Virus record (IMG/VR): IMGVR_UViG_3300045988_109821
Span: 1 to 46,792 of that record
Length of the DNA: 46,792 nucleotides
DNA from: a virus
Reading direction: 5' to 3' (one strand)
Position numbers and translations under genes: made by a program
Part shown: positions 8,753 through 18,211 of the stretch, one piece after another
Numbering within the stretch: position 1 is the first letter of the stretch
Layout of the letters: each line of letters starts with the position of its first letter
Notes under the pieces: generated by a model
What the model was told of the DNA's origin: nothing
Database searches by the model: none
The model's input: only the letters and a program-made list of their open reading frames with translations

Positions 8753-9502
8753 ATGGAAAATGTATTTGAAGAATTATTGACAGGAGGTACAACTGTTGAT
8801 GATGAGGCTGGTACTGATGAACTAGATTTTGACCACTCATTTGATTTGTCTGATGATGACATAGCAGATGAAGGCGAAGAAGCTGGGGATGAAGGAGAGC
8901 AAGTGGCAGAAGATGAAGGAGAAGGTACACCAAATGAACCTACTAATAATGCTTTTGCACAAATGCGAACTCAAAACAAAGAGTTTCAAAACAAGCTTCA
9001 AGAATTTGATGATTTAGCTAAACAACTTGGTATGAAAGATGCCGATGAGTTTATTAAAAAAGCTAAAGAAGCTCAAATAAAAAGAGATGCTGCTAAAAAA
9101 GGTATTCCTTTAGAAGTTGCACAAGAACTTGAAGAAATGAGAAGTTTAAAAGACTCTATTATTGCTGAAAGACAAAATGCAGCAGCAGAGTTGAAAACAA
9201 GAAATTTTGTATCTAATCTGCAAGAGTTTGTAGATGCTAACAAGCTATCAGACCAAGCAGTAGATAAATTAAGCCAAGATTTAGAGAAGGATGGATTTGA
9301 ATTAGATTCACTTATGGCTATGCCTAAGACAGCTCTAAATAAAATCCTAAGTGCCTACGTTGGTACTAATTATCAAAAAAATCTGGAAAGAAAAAATACT
9401 ATCAGAAAAGAGTTACCTATTAATCAATCTTCAAAAATTGACACTGTGTCTTTAAATAAAGATATAGACACATTAGCTAAACAATTAGCAGGAAAATTTT
9501 AA
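8753..9502 (+). CDS. Putative scaffolding protein (very acidic N-terminus, helical remainder).
   Basis: Position before the capsid gene. Composition D/E-rich then coiled-coil-like. Confidence 0.4.
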   Translation: MENVFEELLTGGTTVDDEAGTDELDFDHSFDLSDDDIADEGEEAGDEGEQVAEDEGEGTPNEPTNNAFAQMRTQNKEFQNKLQEFDDLAKQLGMKDADEFIKKAKEAQIKRDAAKKGIPLEVAQELEEMRSLKDSIIAERQNAAAELKTRNFVSNLQEFVDANKLSDQAVDKLSQDLEKDGFELDSLMAMPKTALNKILSAYVGTNYQKNLERKNTIRKELPINQSSKIDTVSLNKDIDTLAKQLAGKF

Positions 9503-9515
9503 TTAAATAAAGGAG

Positions 9516-10544
9516 TTGATTATTATGTTAAATACTTTAACAACAGTTAGAGCAAATGCTTCAGGATTACAAAATTCTAAAATAGACAATAACGTCTTAT
9601 TAAGAGCATTAGCTTATAGCATGTCAGATCATGTATTATACAATTTAGGTGAAAAACAAAAAGTTAAAAGAAATGCAGGAACTAACACAGTTCAATGGAG
9701 AGGTTATAAACCACTTCCTGTTGCTGATAACAGACACGTTATCACTGAAGGTGTTAACCCTGAAGGATTAAAAGTAGGTGCTAGAACAGTTACAGGAACT
9801 GTAGCAGTTTATGGTGCTTACATTGAAGTTACTAGACAAGTTGAAACTTATAACTTAGACCAATTATTAGTTGAATATGGACCATTAGTTGTAAATCATG
9901 CTAGTGAAACATTAGAATTAGTTACAAGAGATGCTATTGAAGAAGATGGTGGTGTGTTCTACGTTGTAGATGAAGGAACAGAATCTCCAAATGCTGATAA
10001 AATCAAAGCAACTAACATCTTAACTTTAGATGTTTGTCGTCAAGTAGCTAATCAAATGAAAGTTTCACGTCGTAAAGGACATAAAAAAGCAGGATTCAGT
10101 AAGTATCTTATCGTTACTCCTACTGAAGGAATGCAAGATTTATTAGATGATGAAGCTCTATTAAAGAGAGCAATGGTTCCAGGTAACACTAACAAACCTG
10201 TTATGGATAATGGTTTAGAAACTTATGATGTTTATAACTTAAGATTTATTGAATATAACTACCCAGTTATTACAAATAACACAGGTGATGTAGCAATTTA
10301 CCATACTTATGTATTTGGTGAAAATGCATACGCAGTTATGGACTTAACTTCAGCTGGTATTGAAATGAAAAGATTTGGGTTTGAAGCTAAAAAAGGTGAT
10401 AACTTAGGTCAAATCGCTTCATTAGGATGGATTACAATGGGATTTGGTGCACAAGTATTAGACCCTGTTGCATGTACAATTATTAACCATGCAGTTGCTC
10501 ATCCATTAACAAGACCAACTGACATTTATGCGTCACAAGAATAG
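9516..10544 (+). CDS. Probable major capsid protein (342 aa).
   Basis: Size and position. Strong RBS AAAGGAG. Followed by an operon terminator. Confidence 0.55.
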   Translation: MIIMLNTLTTVRANASGLQNSKIDNNVLLRALAYSMSDHVLYNLGEKQKVKRNAGTNTVQWRGYKPLPVADNRHVITEGVNPEGLKVGARTVTGTVAVYGAYIEVTRQVETYNLDQLLVEYGPLVVNHASETLELVTRDAIEEDGGVFYVVDEGTESPNADKIKATNILTLDVCRQVANQMKVSRRKGHKKAGFSKYLIVTPTEGMQDLLDDEALLKRAMVPGNTNKPVMDNGLETYDVYNLRFIEYNYPVITNNTGDVAIYHTYVFGENAYAVMDLTSAGIEMKRFGFEAKKGDNLGQIASLGWITMGFGAQVLDPVACTIINHAVAHPLTRPTDIYASQE

Positions 10545-10567
10545 TAACAAATTAAGGAGGAATTAAT

Positions 10568-10915
10568 ATGGCAACCAATGTAAATACTACAACATCGGTA
10601 TTTAAAGATAGTAAAGCCACTGATGCTGAATTATCAGCTAAGGCTATGAAAGAAAATAAAAATTTGGTAAGTAAAAAAAGAGTACCATTTAAATGTGAGG
10701 TAGCATACAATGCCTTATATCCAAATGGGTTTGAATCTACATGTCAAGGTATTTATATATTTTTGATATTTGATGGCAGAACAGTAGAGCTTCCAGAATT
10801 TATAGCTGATTATGTAAAAGCGAAAATTGAAAAGAAAGCTTTAGCAACTTTGGATAAAAAGCATAGAAACACTACTAAAAAACAAGACTATCTTGGTATG
10901 GAATATGTAGGATAA
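10568..10915 (+). CDS. Hypothetical head-associated protein (115 aa).
   Basis: RBS AAGGAGG; capsid operon. Confidence 0.4.
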   Translation: MATNVNTTTSVFKDSKATDAELSAKAMKENKNLVSKKRVPFKCEVAYNALYPNGFESTCQGIYIFLIFDGRTVELPEFIADYVKAKIEKKALATLDKKHRNTTKKQDYLGMEYVG

Positions 10916-10916
10916 T

Positions 10917-10950
10917 AAAAGGCTATCTTTGGATAGCCTTTATTTTTTAA
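10917..10950 (+). terminator. Rho-independent terminator.
   Basis: Stem AAAGGCTATC/GATAGCCTTT followed by ATTTTTTAAA. Confidence 0.75.
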
Positions 10951-10964
10951 AGGAGGTTATAAAT

Positions 10965-11396
10965 ATGATATTAAATGATATTGTTCAGAACTCTAACTAT
11001 GTCACAGATGAAGAATTAAATGATGAAAACATTGTGGGTATGGCAAATACAGGTATTGCAGAAGTTAATTCTAAATGCTCTACTAATTTACCACTATTTG
11101 TTGATGCCAATTTAGATGAAACACCTTATAAGGCTCTTTTAGGAACATGGTGTTTAAGGCTTATGGAGCCTTACTTAGCATATAGTATTGCTGCAAATGA
11201 CACGGATACTAATAATAGAGATTTCCATTATAATAGATTTTTACAAGCTATAAGTGAGTTTAAAGATAATTTAGATAATGCAATTTTACTAGTTGACCCA
11301 GAAACAGGAGAAGACACAGGTTATGGTGGAACATCTGCACGTATGGTGGCTGTTGATGCAACTGATGTAACAATACATTGGAGAGGGTGGATTTAA
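10965..11396 (+). CDS. Hypothetical structural protein (possible head-tail adaptor or tail tubular A-like).
   Basis: ATG 10965 after an AAAGGAGG RBS. The track start at 10929 lies inside the terminator hairpin. Confidence 0.35.
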   Translation: MILNDIVQNSNYVTDEELNDENIVGMANTGIAEVNSKCSTNLPLFVDANLDETPYKALLGTWCLRLMEPYLAYSIAANDTDTNNRDFHYNRFLQAISEFKDNLDNAILLVDPETGEDTGYGGTSARMVAVDATDVTIHWRGWI

Positions 11397-14194
11397 TGGC
11401 AACTACACAACCACTTAAAGGTGGAACAAATAAAATATATAGTGTTATAAACAATTTCAATAAAGGTATTGATAGAAGGACAGCAGATGATGTCGCTGTT
11501 GATTCTACATTTAAAGAATTAAAAAACTTCTATGATGCTAAGGAAGGGGTGTTATCCAAAAGACCTGGTATTTATGATGCTAATCTTACTTCTTTCTTAG
11601 AAAAGTTACCCACACTTTTAAGAAGTAAAGGTAGTCATGATGGTACATGGGGTTCAAATTTTGAAGGTGTTACAAATAAATTTAATGAAAGTGCAGAAAC
11701 ACTGGCTACAAGGCTAGAAGCCTTTAATGATTGTTTTATTGATGGTAATGCAAAAATAGGGGAAGAATATACTTATTCCGTTACTGCAGGAGAAGATGAA
11801 TGGACATGGCATGAGAAACGTACATTTAAACCCCATAATATTATAGGATTTCAAGTAATACAAAATAATAATTTTTTTGAGTTTTTGAAAGTATATAACA
11901 ATGTAGCTCTTGGTAATCAAGCTTTTGGGAACATTGGTTCCCCTATAGTTTTTTCTTGTATAGTTCTTTTGGGAGGCTATACTTCAAGAGAAATGACTAT
12001 TAAAGATGACACTAAAGATACTATTATCATAGGACCTAACACAAGTTTAGGTGTGGAAAGTATGTTATTAGCACGTATACTTATAAAAATAACACCGACA
12101 TACATAGATACAACATCTAATATTGTCTATGTTACAACTTTGGAACTAGATAGTGTAGACCCAACAACAAGTGCAGATAGTGTAGCTAGATATTATTTAA
12201 AAAGAAGAACAACAACGATAGATGGAACAAATTTGCAGGATGGTGAAGAAGTTTTTGTACCTAATGAAGATTATGATTCTTTTTCAAAAAAATACACAAA
12301 GACTATGATACCTTCTTTAGATATGGTATCATATAACGGTTATACTTATTTGCCTACAGGTAAAAATTGCATAATAAGAGTAAAACAAGAACCAACTACA
12401 AAGAAAGCCAAAACTGATTACCCAAATGAAGTTGATATTTTTGAAGTCATAGGCTTACGCAATGAAAACTTGTATAAACCAACAGCTTTAGAGCTTACAC
12501 AAATAGGATTTAATGTACTTGCATCTAATCCCCTAAATTATTATCAAACAACTGGTACAACTTCAAAAGTAAAAGGTGTTTTCTATAGTCGTAATGTACA
12601 AAAAAGCAGTAGTACAAGCGTACAACCTATAAGTAAAGTACCTTACAATGACCCATTCAATATACACATTATTTATACAGGTTCTGCAACGTCTTTATCT
12701 GTAAACTATAGACCTAATAATGGTGACACTGACACAACTACAAACCCTTTTAAAATTTTACCAGGTACATGGGATTCAAATAGTAATATATTTGTATGTT
12801 CAGGACTAGATAGTGAACAGTCTTTTGAAATTCAAATAAATTTAGGTGATGATGTTTTCTTAACTTATCTGAATACAACATCAAGTGTTATTGATGAGAC
12901 AGCAGATATAAACCAAATACATAAATTAATATTATCTTCTGAACGCATGAAACTTGTAGGTAATCAATTAGTTCTTTATGGAGGACATGGTTACATATTC
13001 TTTAGTGAGTATGATGAATTTACATATTTCCCTAACTACTATTATCTGTATCTAGGAAATGGTGGAGCAGAAGAGCAGGTTGTAGGAATAAGTTATTTTA
13101 GACAATATTATGCTATATTTACAAATAAACAAATAAAAAGAATGACAGGTACATTTGGAGCAGATAACTTCGGAGTTTATCCTTTAAATGACTTTGTTGG
13201 ATGTTCTAATGGGAATACTATAAGAGCTGTTGGTAACAACCTATTCTTTTTAGGAAGTGATGGTATATATACTTTAAAACAAGGTTATTTAGGTGAGGGT
13301 ACTGAAAATGTTGAAAAGGTAGATGTATTACTTGGTGATGAGTTAAACTCTAGTAATGTCTTAGAATCATTTACTATGAATAATAACTATATCATTGTAA
13401 AGAATGATGGTAAGACTTGGTTTATTTATGATACAGAAACAGGTGCTTTTTATGAATATGACCTTGAAGCTTTGACACAAGAGGTGTATAATGGAGATAG
13501 TAAAGATGCTATAAACGAAAAGATTTTTCCTTTCTTTTCACTATTTGAAACTAAAATATATGATAAATATGGTAATTTCTTTGTTGTTCCTATGTATAAT
13601 TACACATATAACAGTGATTACACTGAAGCCACATTCAGTAAGATGGACTTACGTTTATTTAGATTTTCTAATTTAGAGTTTTTAGATGAAGACGAAAGAC
13701 ATCAAGATGGTGCAGGTTTTATATCTGAATTAGAAACTCATAATTTACATTTAGGTTATCCAACAAACAATAAGAAATTTAAAGACATTTATATAAAATT
13801 ATTTAATGATACAGAGTATGCTGTTCCTCTTTATATAACTGTTTGGGTTGATGATAGGATAGTTGTTAATCCTGTAGAATATCAGGTAAAATATAATGAA
13901 GAAACAGATACTTACTACTATGTTAGTACATTACAACCTAGTAAGGTTTTAGGTGAATTTATCTTAGGTAAAGATACTTTAGGTAATAAAACAGTTCAAC
14001 AAATAAAAATAAGAGTTGGTCAAAAAGGAAAAGCTATAAAAATAAAAATAACAGATGGTTTTGATGATACAAGTGCACTTATGATAGATGGTGCTCCTAA
14101 GAAAGGTGTTGCAATAAGAAATAGAAATACACATAATTTTGCTATAGCATCTATAGGAATATCATATAAAGTTAAGAAAGTTAAGGAGGGGTAA
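11396..14194 (+). CDS. Large tail or nozzle protein (932 aa).
   Basis: TAATG overlap with the upstream gene. Called by position only. Confidence 0.35.
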   Translation: MATTQPLKGGTNKIYSVINNFNKGIDRRTADDVAVDSTFKELKNFYDAKEGVLSKRPGIYDANLTSFLEKLPTLLRSKGSHDGTWGSNFEGVTNKFNESAETLATRLEAFNDCFIDGNAKIGEEYTYSVTAGEDEWTWHEKRTFKPHNIIGFQVIQNNNFFEFLKVYNNVALGNQAFGNIGSPIVFSCIVLLGGYTSREMTIKDDTKDTIIIGPNTSLGVESMLLARILIKITPTYIDTTSNIVYVTTLELDSVDPTTSADSVARYYLKRRTTTIDGTNLQDGEEVFVPNEDYDSFSKKYTKTMIPSLDMVSYNGYTYLPTGKNCIIRVKQEPTTKKAKTDYPNEVDIFEVIGLRNENLYKPTALELTQIGFNVLASNPLNYYQTTGTTSKVKGVFYSRNVQKSSSTSVQPISKVPYNDPFNIHIIYTGSATSLSVNYRPNNGDTDTTTNPFKILPGTWDSNSNIFVCSGLDSEQSFEIQINLGDDVFLTYLNTTSSVIDETADINQIHKLILSSERMKLVGNQLVLYGGHGYIFFSEYDEFTYFPNYYYLYLGNGGAEEQVVGISYFRQYYAIFTNKQIKRMTGTFGADNFGVYPLNDFVGCSNGNTIRAVGNNLFFLGSDGIYTLKQGYLGEGTENVEKVDVLLGDELNSSNVLESFTMNNNYIIVKNDGKTWFIYDTETGAFYEYDLEALTQEVYNGDSKDAINEKIFPFFSLFETKIYDKYGNFFVVPMYNYTYNSDYTEATFSKMDLRLFRFSNLEFLDEDERHQDGAGFISELETHNLHLGYPTNNKKFKDIYIKLFNDTEYAVPLYITVWVDDRIVVNPVEYQVKYNEETDTYYYVSTLQPSKVLGEFILGKDTLGNKTVQQIKIRVGQKGKAIKIKITDGFDDTSALMIDGAPKKGVAIRNRNTHNFAIASIGISYKVKKVKEG

Positions 14195-14195
14195 T

Positions 14196-15248
14196 ATGCC
14201 AAATGTCAGTTTAAAAATCAATTTTAAAGATGGTGATAAACTGTTTGCTAAAGAGCTTAATAATAATTTTAATGTAATTAAAGAAGCTTTTAAAGACTTA
14301 TCATCAGTTACTATCTTAGGTTCTTATGAAACTGAAGAAGAGCTAAAAGCAGCACACCCAACAGGTGAAGCTGATGATGGATATTTAGTAGGTTCTGATT
14401 TCTATACTTGGTTAAATGATAACTGGGTTAACGTTGGACCTTTAGGTCCTAAAGGTGACACAGGAAATCCTGGTGCTGCAGGTCCTTCTAACGTATTAAC
14501 TATTGGAACAGTCACAAGTGGTGCAGTAGCAGATGCAGCCATTGTTGGTGATTCACCTAATCAGGTACTTAATTTAGTGTTACCACAAGGTCCGCAAGGA
14601 GAAAGGGGACCCCAAGGTAGTCAAGGAGAACAAGGACAAATAGGACCTCAAGGCAATCCTGGACCTGCTAATACTCTATCTATAGGTACTGTTGAAGCAG
14701 GTAGTACAGCAAGTGCAACGATAGAAGGAGAATCACCTACACAGACTCTTAACTTAGTACTCCCAAAGGGTGATAAAGGTGATACAGGAGCAACTGGTCC
14801 TCAAGGAGAACCTGGCTCTACAGGCGACACTCTTCCAATAGGTGCAATCGTAGAATACGATGGAACGACTGTTCCAACAGGATATGAAAAAGTTAGTGAT
14901 GGTAATTTTTCAAACATATATTCAACAGATGAAAGAGTTATTGGAAAGTGGATAAATGGAAAACCTTTATATGAAAAAACGATAACATTTACAGATTTTG
15001 AAAGAACTGGAGGCGACACTTATAAAGAACATAATATACCAAATGTTGATTTAGCATTTATAAATTTTTCAAAGTCTTTTGGCACACAACCATCGGGAGA
15101 AACTGTATTAGGTAATTATGCTTATAATACTGTCTATGCTTTTCAAATTAATGGAGTTAATAAGAATGCAATTTTATATAGTGTTGGTAGTTCTATTGCA
15201 ATGTCGTCAATTACAGTAACTTTAGACTATACAAAAACAACTGATTAA
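14196..15248 (+). CDS. Collagen-like tail fibre protein with a C-terminal receptor-binding-type domain.
   Basis: Gly-X-Y tracts (GPKGDTGNPGAAGP; GPQGERGPQGSQGEQGQIGPQGNPGP; GDKGDTGATGPQGEPGSTGD). Two ~45-aa internal repeats (...IGTV..G...A.I.G.SP.Q.LNLVLP.G). Confidence 0.7.
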   Translation: MPNVSLKINFKDGDKLFAKELNNNFNVIKEAFKDLSSVTILGSYETEEELKAAHPTGEADDGYLVGSDFYTWLNDNWVNVGPLGPKGDTGNPGAAGPSNVLTIGTVTSGAVADAAIVGDSPNQVLNLVLPQGPQGERGPQGSQGEQGQIGPQGNPGPANTLSIGTVEAGSTASATIEGESPTQTLNLVLPKGDKGDTGATGPQGEPGSTGDTLPIGAIVEYDGTTVPTGYEKVSDGNFSNIYSTDERVIGKWINGKPLYEKTITFTDFERTGGDTYKEHNIPNVDLAFINFSKSFGTQPSGETVLGNYAYNTVYAFQINGVNKNAILYSVGSSIAMSSITVTLDYTKTTD

Positions 15249-15262
15249 AAGGAGGTAGAAAT

Positions 15263-15721
15263 ATGATATTAAGAAAAATACAGCAACCATCAGAGTTTGC
15301 TGATAATCAAATACATGATGCTTACAATACAAGCACAACTGATACCTATAGTTGTAACTACATTAACAATATTGTTCAAAGTGGGAGTAATGCTAATGGA
15401 AGTTATGTTAAATATGCAGATGGAACAATGATTTGTTATGGAACATGGAATATAGGAAATGTTGCATTTAGTTCTGCTGTGGGTGCAGTATATAATGTTC
15501 CAATAGACTTAAGACATACGTTTCCAGTTTCTTTTATAAACAAACCTGTAATGACTTTTTCTGCATATGAAAACGTAGAGTCCTATGGTTTGTTTTTACA
15601 AGTATGCCCTAAAAGGGACAGCGTTACATCACAAGATTTTGGAAGTCTTAATGTTATGTCTATCACTCAAGTATCTGCACACCTTGCAATAGATTATATA
15701 GCAATAGGTAAATGGAAATAG
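15263..15721 (+). CDS. Hypothetical beta-rich protein, possibly fibre-associated.
   Basis: RBS AAAGGAGG. Confidence 0.35.
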   Translation: MILRKIQQPSEFADNQIHDAYNTSTTDTYSCNYINNIVQSGSNANGSYVKYADGTMICYGTWNIGNVAFSSAVGAVYNVPIDLRHTFPVSFINKPVMTFSAYENVESYGLFLQVCPKRDSVTSQDFGSLNVMSITQVSAHLAIDYIAIGKWK

Positions 15722-15736
15722 AAAGGAATAAAAAGG

Positions 15737-16066
15737 ATGAAAACAATATTAATAACAGCAATAACTTGTATAACAACCTTTTGGATAACCACTTTTTTAA
15801 ATATAATTGTAAGTAAATGTAAAGAAAAAAATAAGAAAAAGAGTTCACATCTTTCAGAAGATGTTTTACAACATGATGCTCTAATCTGCCTTCTTAGAAG
15901 TAACATTACAAGCAAGTACTATGTGTACAATAGTGTTGGTTCTGTTCCTATATATGAGAAGGAAAATGTTAATTACATGTATCAACAATATAAAAAGATG
16001 GGTGGAAACAGTTATATAGAAGAATTAGTTATAAAATTTAATAAAATACCAGTAAAGGAGAATTAG
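15737..16066 (+). CDS. Small membrane protein (N-terminal transmembrane segment).
   Basis: Hydrophobic N-terminus ILITAITCITTFWITTFLNIIV. Confidence 0.4.
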   Translation: MKTILITAITCITTFWITTFLNIIVSKCKEKNKKKSSHLSEDVLQHDALICLLRSNITSKYYVYNSVGSVPIYEKENVNYMYQQYKKMGGNSYIEELVIKFNKIPVKEN

Positions 16067-16067
16067 G

Positions 16068-16328
16068 ATGGAAAAGAAAAGTATGGTAAATGTGCCTTTT
16101 ATAGCTTATGAAAAGGACATAGAACACAGAAATAGTATTATAAAATTTATGTTTGCAATAATAATAGTCTTAGTGATTATACTTGGTTTATCGTTTTATA
16201 TGTTTATGTCTTTCATAAATAATTTTGAATTTTCTAAATATTACCAAGAAGGTCACGGAGTAAACAACATAAATGAAGGAACGCAAGGAGATGTTATAAA
16301 TGAGTCAACAACTAGCAAAAATGACTAG
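16068..16328 (+). CDS. Small membrane protein (central transmembrane segment).
   Basis: FMFAIIIVLVIILGLSFYMFMSF. Confidence 0.4.
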   Translation: MEKKSMVNVPFIAYEKDIEHRNSIIKFMFAIIIVLVIILGLSFYMFMSFINNFEFSKYYQEGHGVNNINEGTQGDVINESTTSKND

Positions 16329-16450
16329 AAAAGATGGGAAGGCTGTATGACGTGGCGTTGGAATTAACAATGGTCATAATAATCTTACTATAGCAGACAT
16401 ATTTAAGTTTGTATTCCTTGGAAAACCCATACAGAATAAGGTGACCTACA

Positions 16451-16708
16451 ATGGGCAAAGCAAGAATAAAAATAGATAGTGCTTTAATTGATAAGCCTAG
16501 GTCTAGCTGGGAACATATTATTGATGAGTATATCAAAGATGAAGACGACAGATATATTGCTACAAGATATTATCTAGATGGTATAGCCCAATTAGACATT
16601 GCAGAAGAACTTGTAGGAGAAAATGATAAACCAAAATCAATGAGTTATATGAAAAGACATATAGCTAAAATAAGACAAATTATACTAAAACATAAAAATG
16701 AACTATAA
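16451..16708 (+). CDS. Small HTH protein resembling sigma-70 region 4 (85 aa); putative late transcription regulator.
   Basis: RYIATRYYLDGIAQLDIAEELV resembles region 4.2 HTH. RBS AAGGTGA. Confidence 0.45.
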   Translation: MGKARIKIDSALIDKPRSSWEHIIDEYIKDEDDRYIATRYYLDGIAQLDIAEELVGENDKPKSMSYMKRHIAKIRQIILKHKNEL

Positions 16709-16742
16709 AAGAACCTTAAGAGAACATCAAGGTTCTTTTTTA
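16708..16742 (+). terminator. Rho-independent terminator.
   Basis: GAACCTT...AAGGTTC stem followed by TTTTTTA. Confidence 0.7.
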
Positions 16743-16835
16743 TGTGAGAAAATATAATCAGAAAGGAGATAAAGCATGATGAGTATTCAATCAATAAGAC
16801 TTTGTCTCCTTTTGTTTAGTTAAGGAGATGGTAAA

Positions 16836-17225
16836 ATGTACGGAAATAATTATTTTAATCAAAATCAACGTTATCAGCCTATCAACATGATGACACAACC
16901 TAACTTGGCACAGCCATATATACCACCTATGCAACAAACAAGTATACTTGGTAAAGTGGTAGATAGTCTGGATGTTGTTAAAGCTATTGACATACCTTTA
17001 GATGGTTCTATTAGTTACTTCCCTTTAACAAATGGTAGTGCTATAGTTACTAAACAATTACAACCTAATGGTATGAGTAAAATAACACTATACAAACCAG
17101 TAATTGAAAAGGAAGAAACATTAGATAAGAACGAGGACTTTGATAAATTAAAAGAAGATTTAGATAATTTAAGAAAAGAATTTGAAGACATCAAGACTAA
17201 AATAAATGTTGAAAAGGAGGCTTAA
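16836..17225 (+). CDS. Hypothetical protein (Q/P-rich N-terminus).
   Basis: RBS TAAGGAGATGG. Confidence 0.4.
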   Translation: MYGNNYFNQNQRYQPINMMTQPNLAQPYIPPMQQTSILGKVVDSLDVVKAIDIPLDGSISYFPLTNGSAIVTKQLQPNGMSKITLYKPVIEKEETLDKNEDFDKLKEDLDNLRKEFEDIKTKINVEKEA

Positions 17226-17228
17226 TAT

Positions 17229-17465
17229 ATGAATCCTATTCAGATGATAAAAGGAATGATGGGCATCAACAATCCTAAAGAAATGGTTATGCAGATGCTT
17301 GGTCAAAACAATAACAATCCCATATTTAAAAATTTAATTGATATGGCAAACAAAGGCGACACTAAAGGTGTTGAAAATTTTGCTAGAAATTATATGAAAG
17401 AACAAGGGCGGAATTATGACGAGGAATTTAATAAATTTATAAATAATTTTGGTTTAAAAAAATAA
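17229..17465 (+). CDS. Hypothetical protein (78 aa).
   Basis: RBS AAGGAGG. Confidence 0.4.
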   Translation: MNPIQMIKGMMGINNPKEMVMQMLGQNNNNPIFKNLIDMANKGDTKGVENFARNYMKEQGRNYDEEFNKFINNFGLKK

Positions 17466-17475
17466 AGGTATATTG

Positions 17476-18069
17476 TTAATCAATATACTTCCATTTAAAA
17501 CCATAAGCGCTTTGTGTTTTGCCATAACAACATAAACTGATACCACTATGAGCATATTTAGGTAAATGTAAATTATTTATAGCATCTATGACACAGTGCC
17601 ATTCTTTTATGAGATTTCCATTTAAGTCATATTGCAATACTTTTTTACTATTAGGATGTACCGCACCTTTTTTACTTAAACCTAATCTAAAAGCTTCTTT
17701 AACATTATATGAACCATCACACCATTCTAAATTAGAAACACAATTATTGGTTTTGTTTCCATCTATATGGTTAACTTGGGGCAAATCATTTGGATTTGGC
17801 ATAAATGACTCAGCTACTAATCTATGTATTTTATAATTTTTTCTTGATTTATGGTTTTGCAACGTTACAAACAAATATTTTTTTCCATCAAATGATTGTT
17901 TTAATAACTTTTCTTTATTTACAACTATCATTCTTTGAAGTCTATAATTAAATCTATTTCTTTTTAAACTTTTTACATTTCCTAAATTGCTAACTTGATA
18001 TAATCCTTCATAGCCAACTATATCTTTCCATATTTCTTTCATAATAACTTCCTTTCTTTGAGAAAACAA
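17476..18069 (-). CDS. Free-standing HNH homing endonuclease (NUMOD4 plus HNH_3) on the opposite strand within the late arm.
   Basis: YEGLYQVSNLGNVKS...HRLVAESFMPNP...VNHIDGNKTNNCVSNLEW. Confidence 0.85.
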   Translation of the reverse strand: MFSQRKEVIMKEIWKDIVGYEGLYQVSNLGNVKSLKRNRFNYRLQRMIVVNKEKLLKQSFDGKKYLFVTLQNHKSRKNYKIHRLVAESFMPNPNDLPQVNHIDGNKTNNCVSNLEWCDGSYNVKEAFRLGLSKKGAVHPNSKKVLQYDLNGNLIKEWHCVIDAINNLHLPKYAHSGISLCCYGKTQSAYGFKWKYID

Positions 18070-18093
18070 AAAGACTTATACAAGCACAAGAGT

Positions 18094-18148
18094 TTATTGT
18101 CGAGATAAGTTCTCGTGCTTATATAAATCTTCTTGCTTATCTCGACAT
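18094..18148. terminator. Long inverted repeat (GTCGAGATAAG...CTTATCTCGAC with a nested AGCAC..GTGCT), a probable bidirectional terminator.
   Basis: Perfect 10-11-bp arms read directly. Confidence 0.5.
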
Positions 18149-18211
18149 ATATATTATACCGCGGATTTATATATTAATCAAGTTGATTTAAAAAAGAAAG
18201 GAGAAATATAA

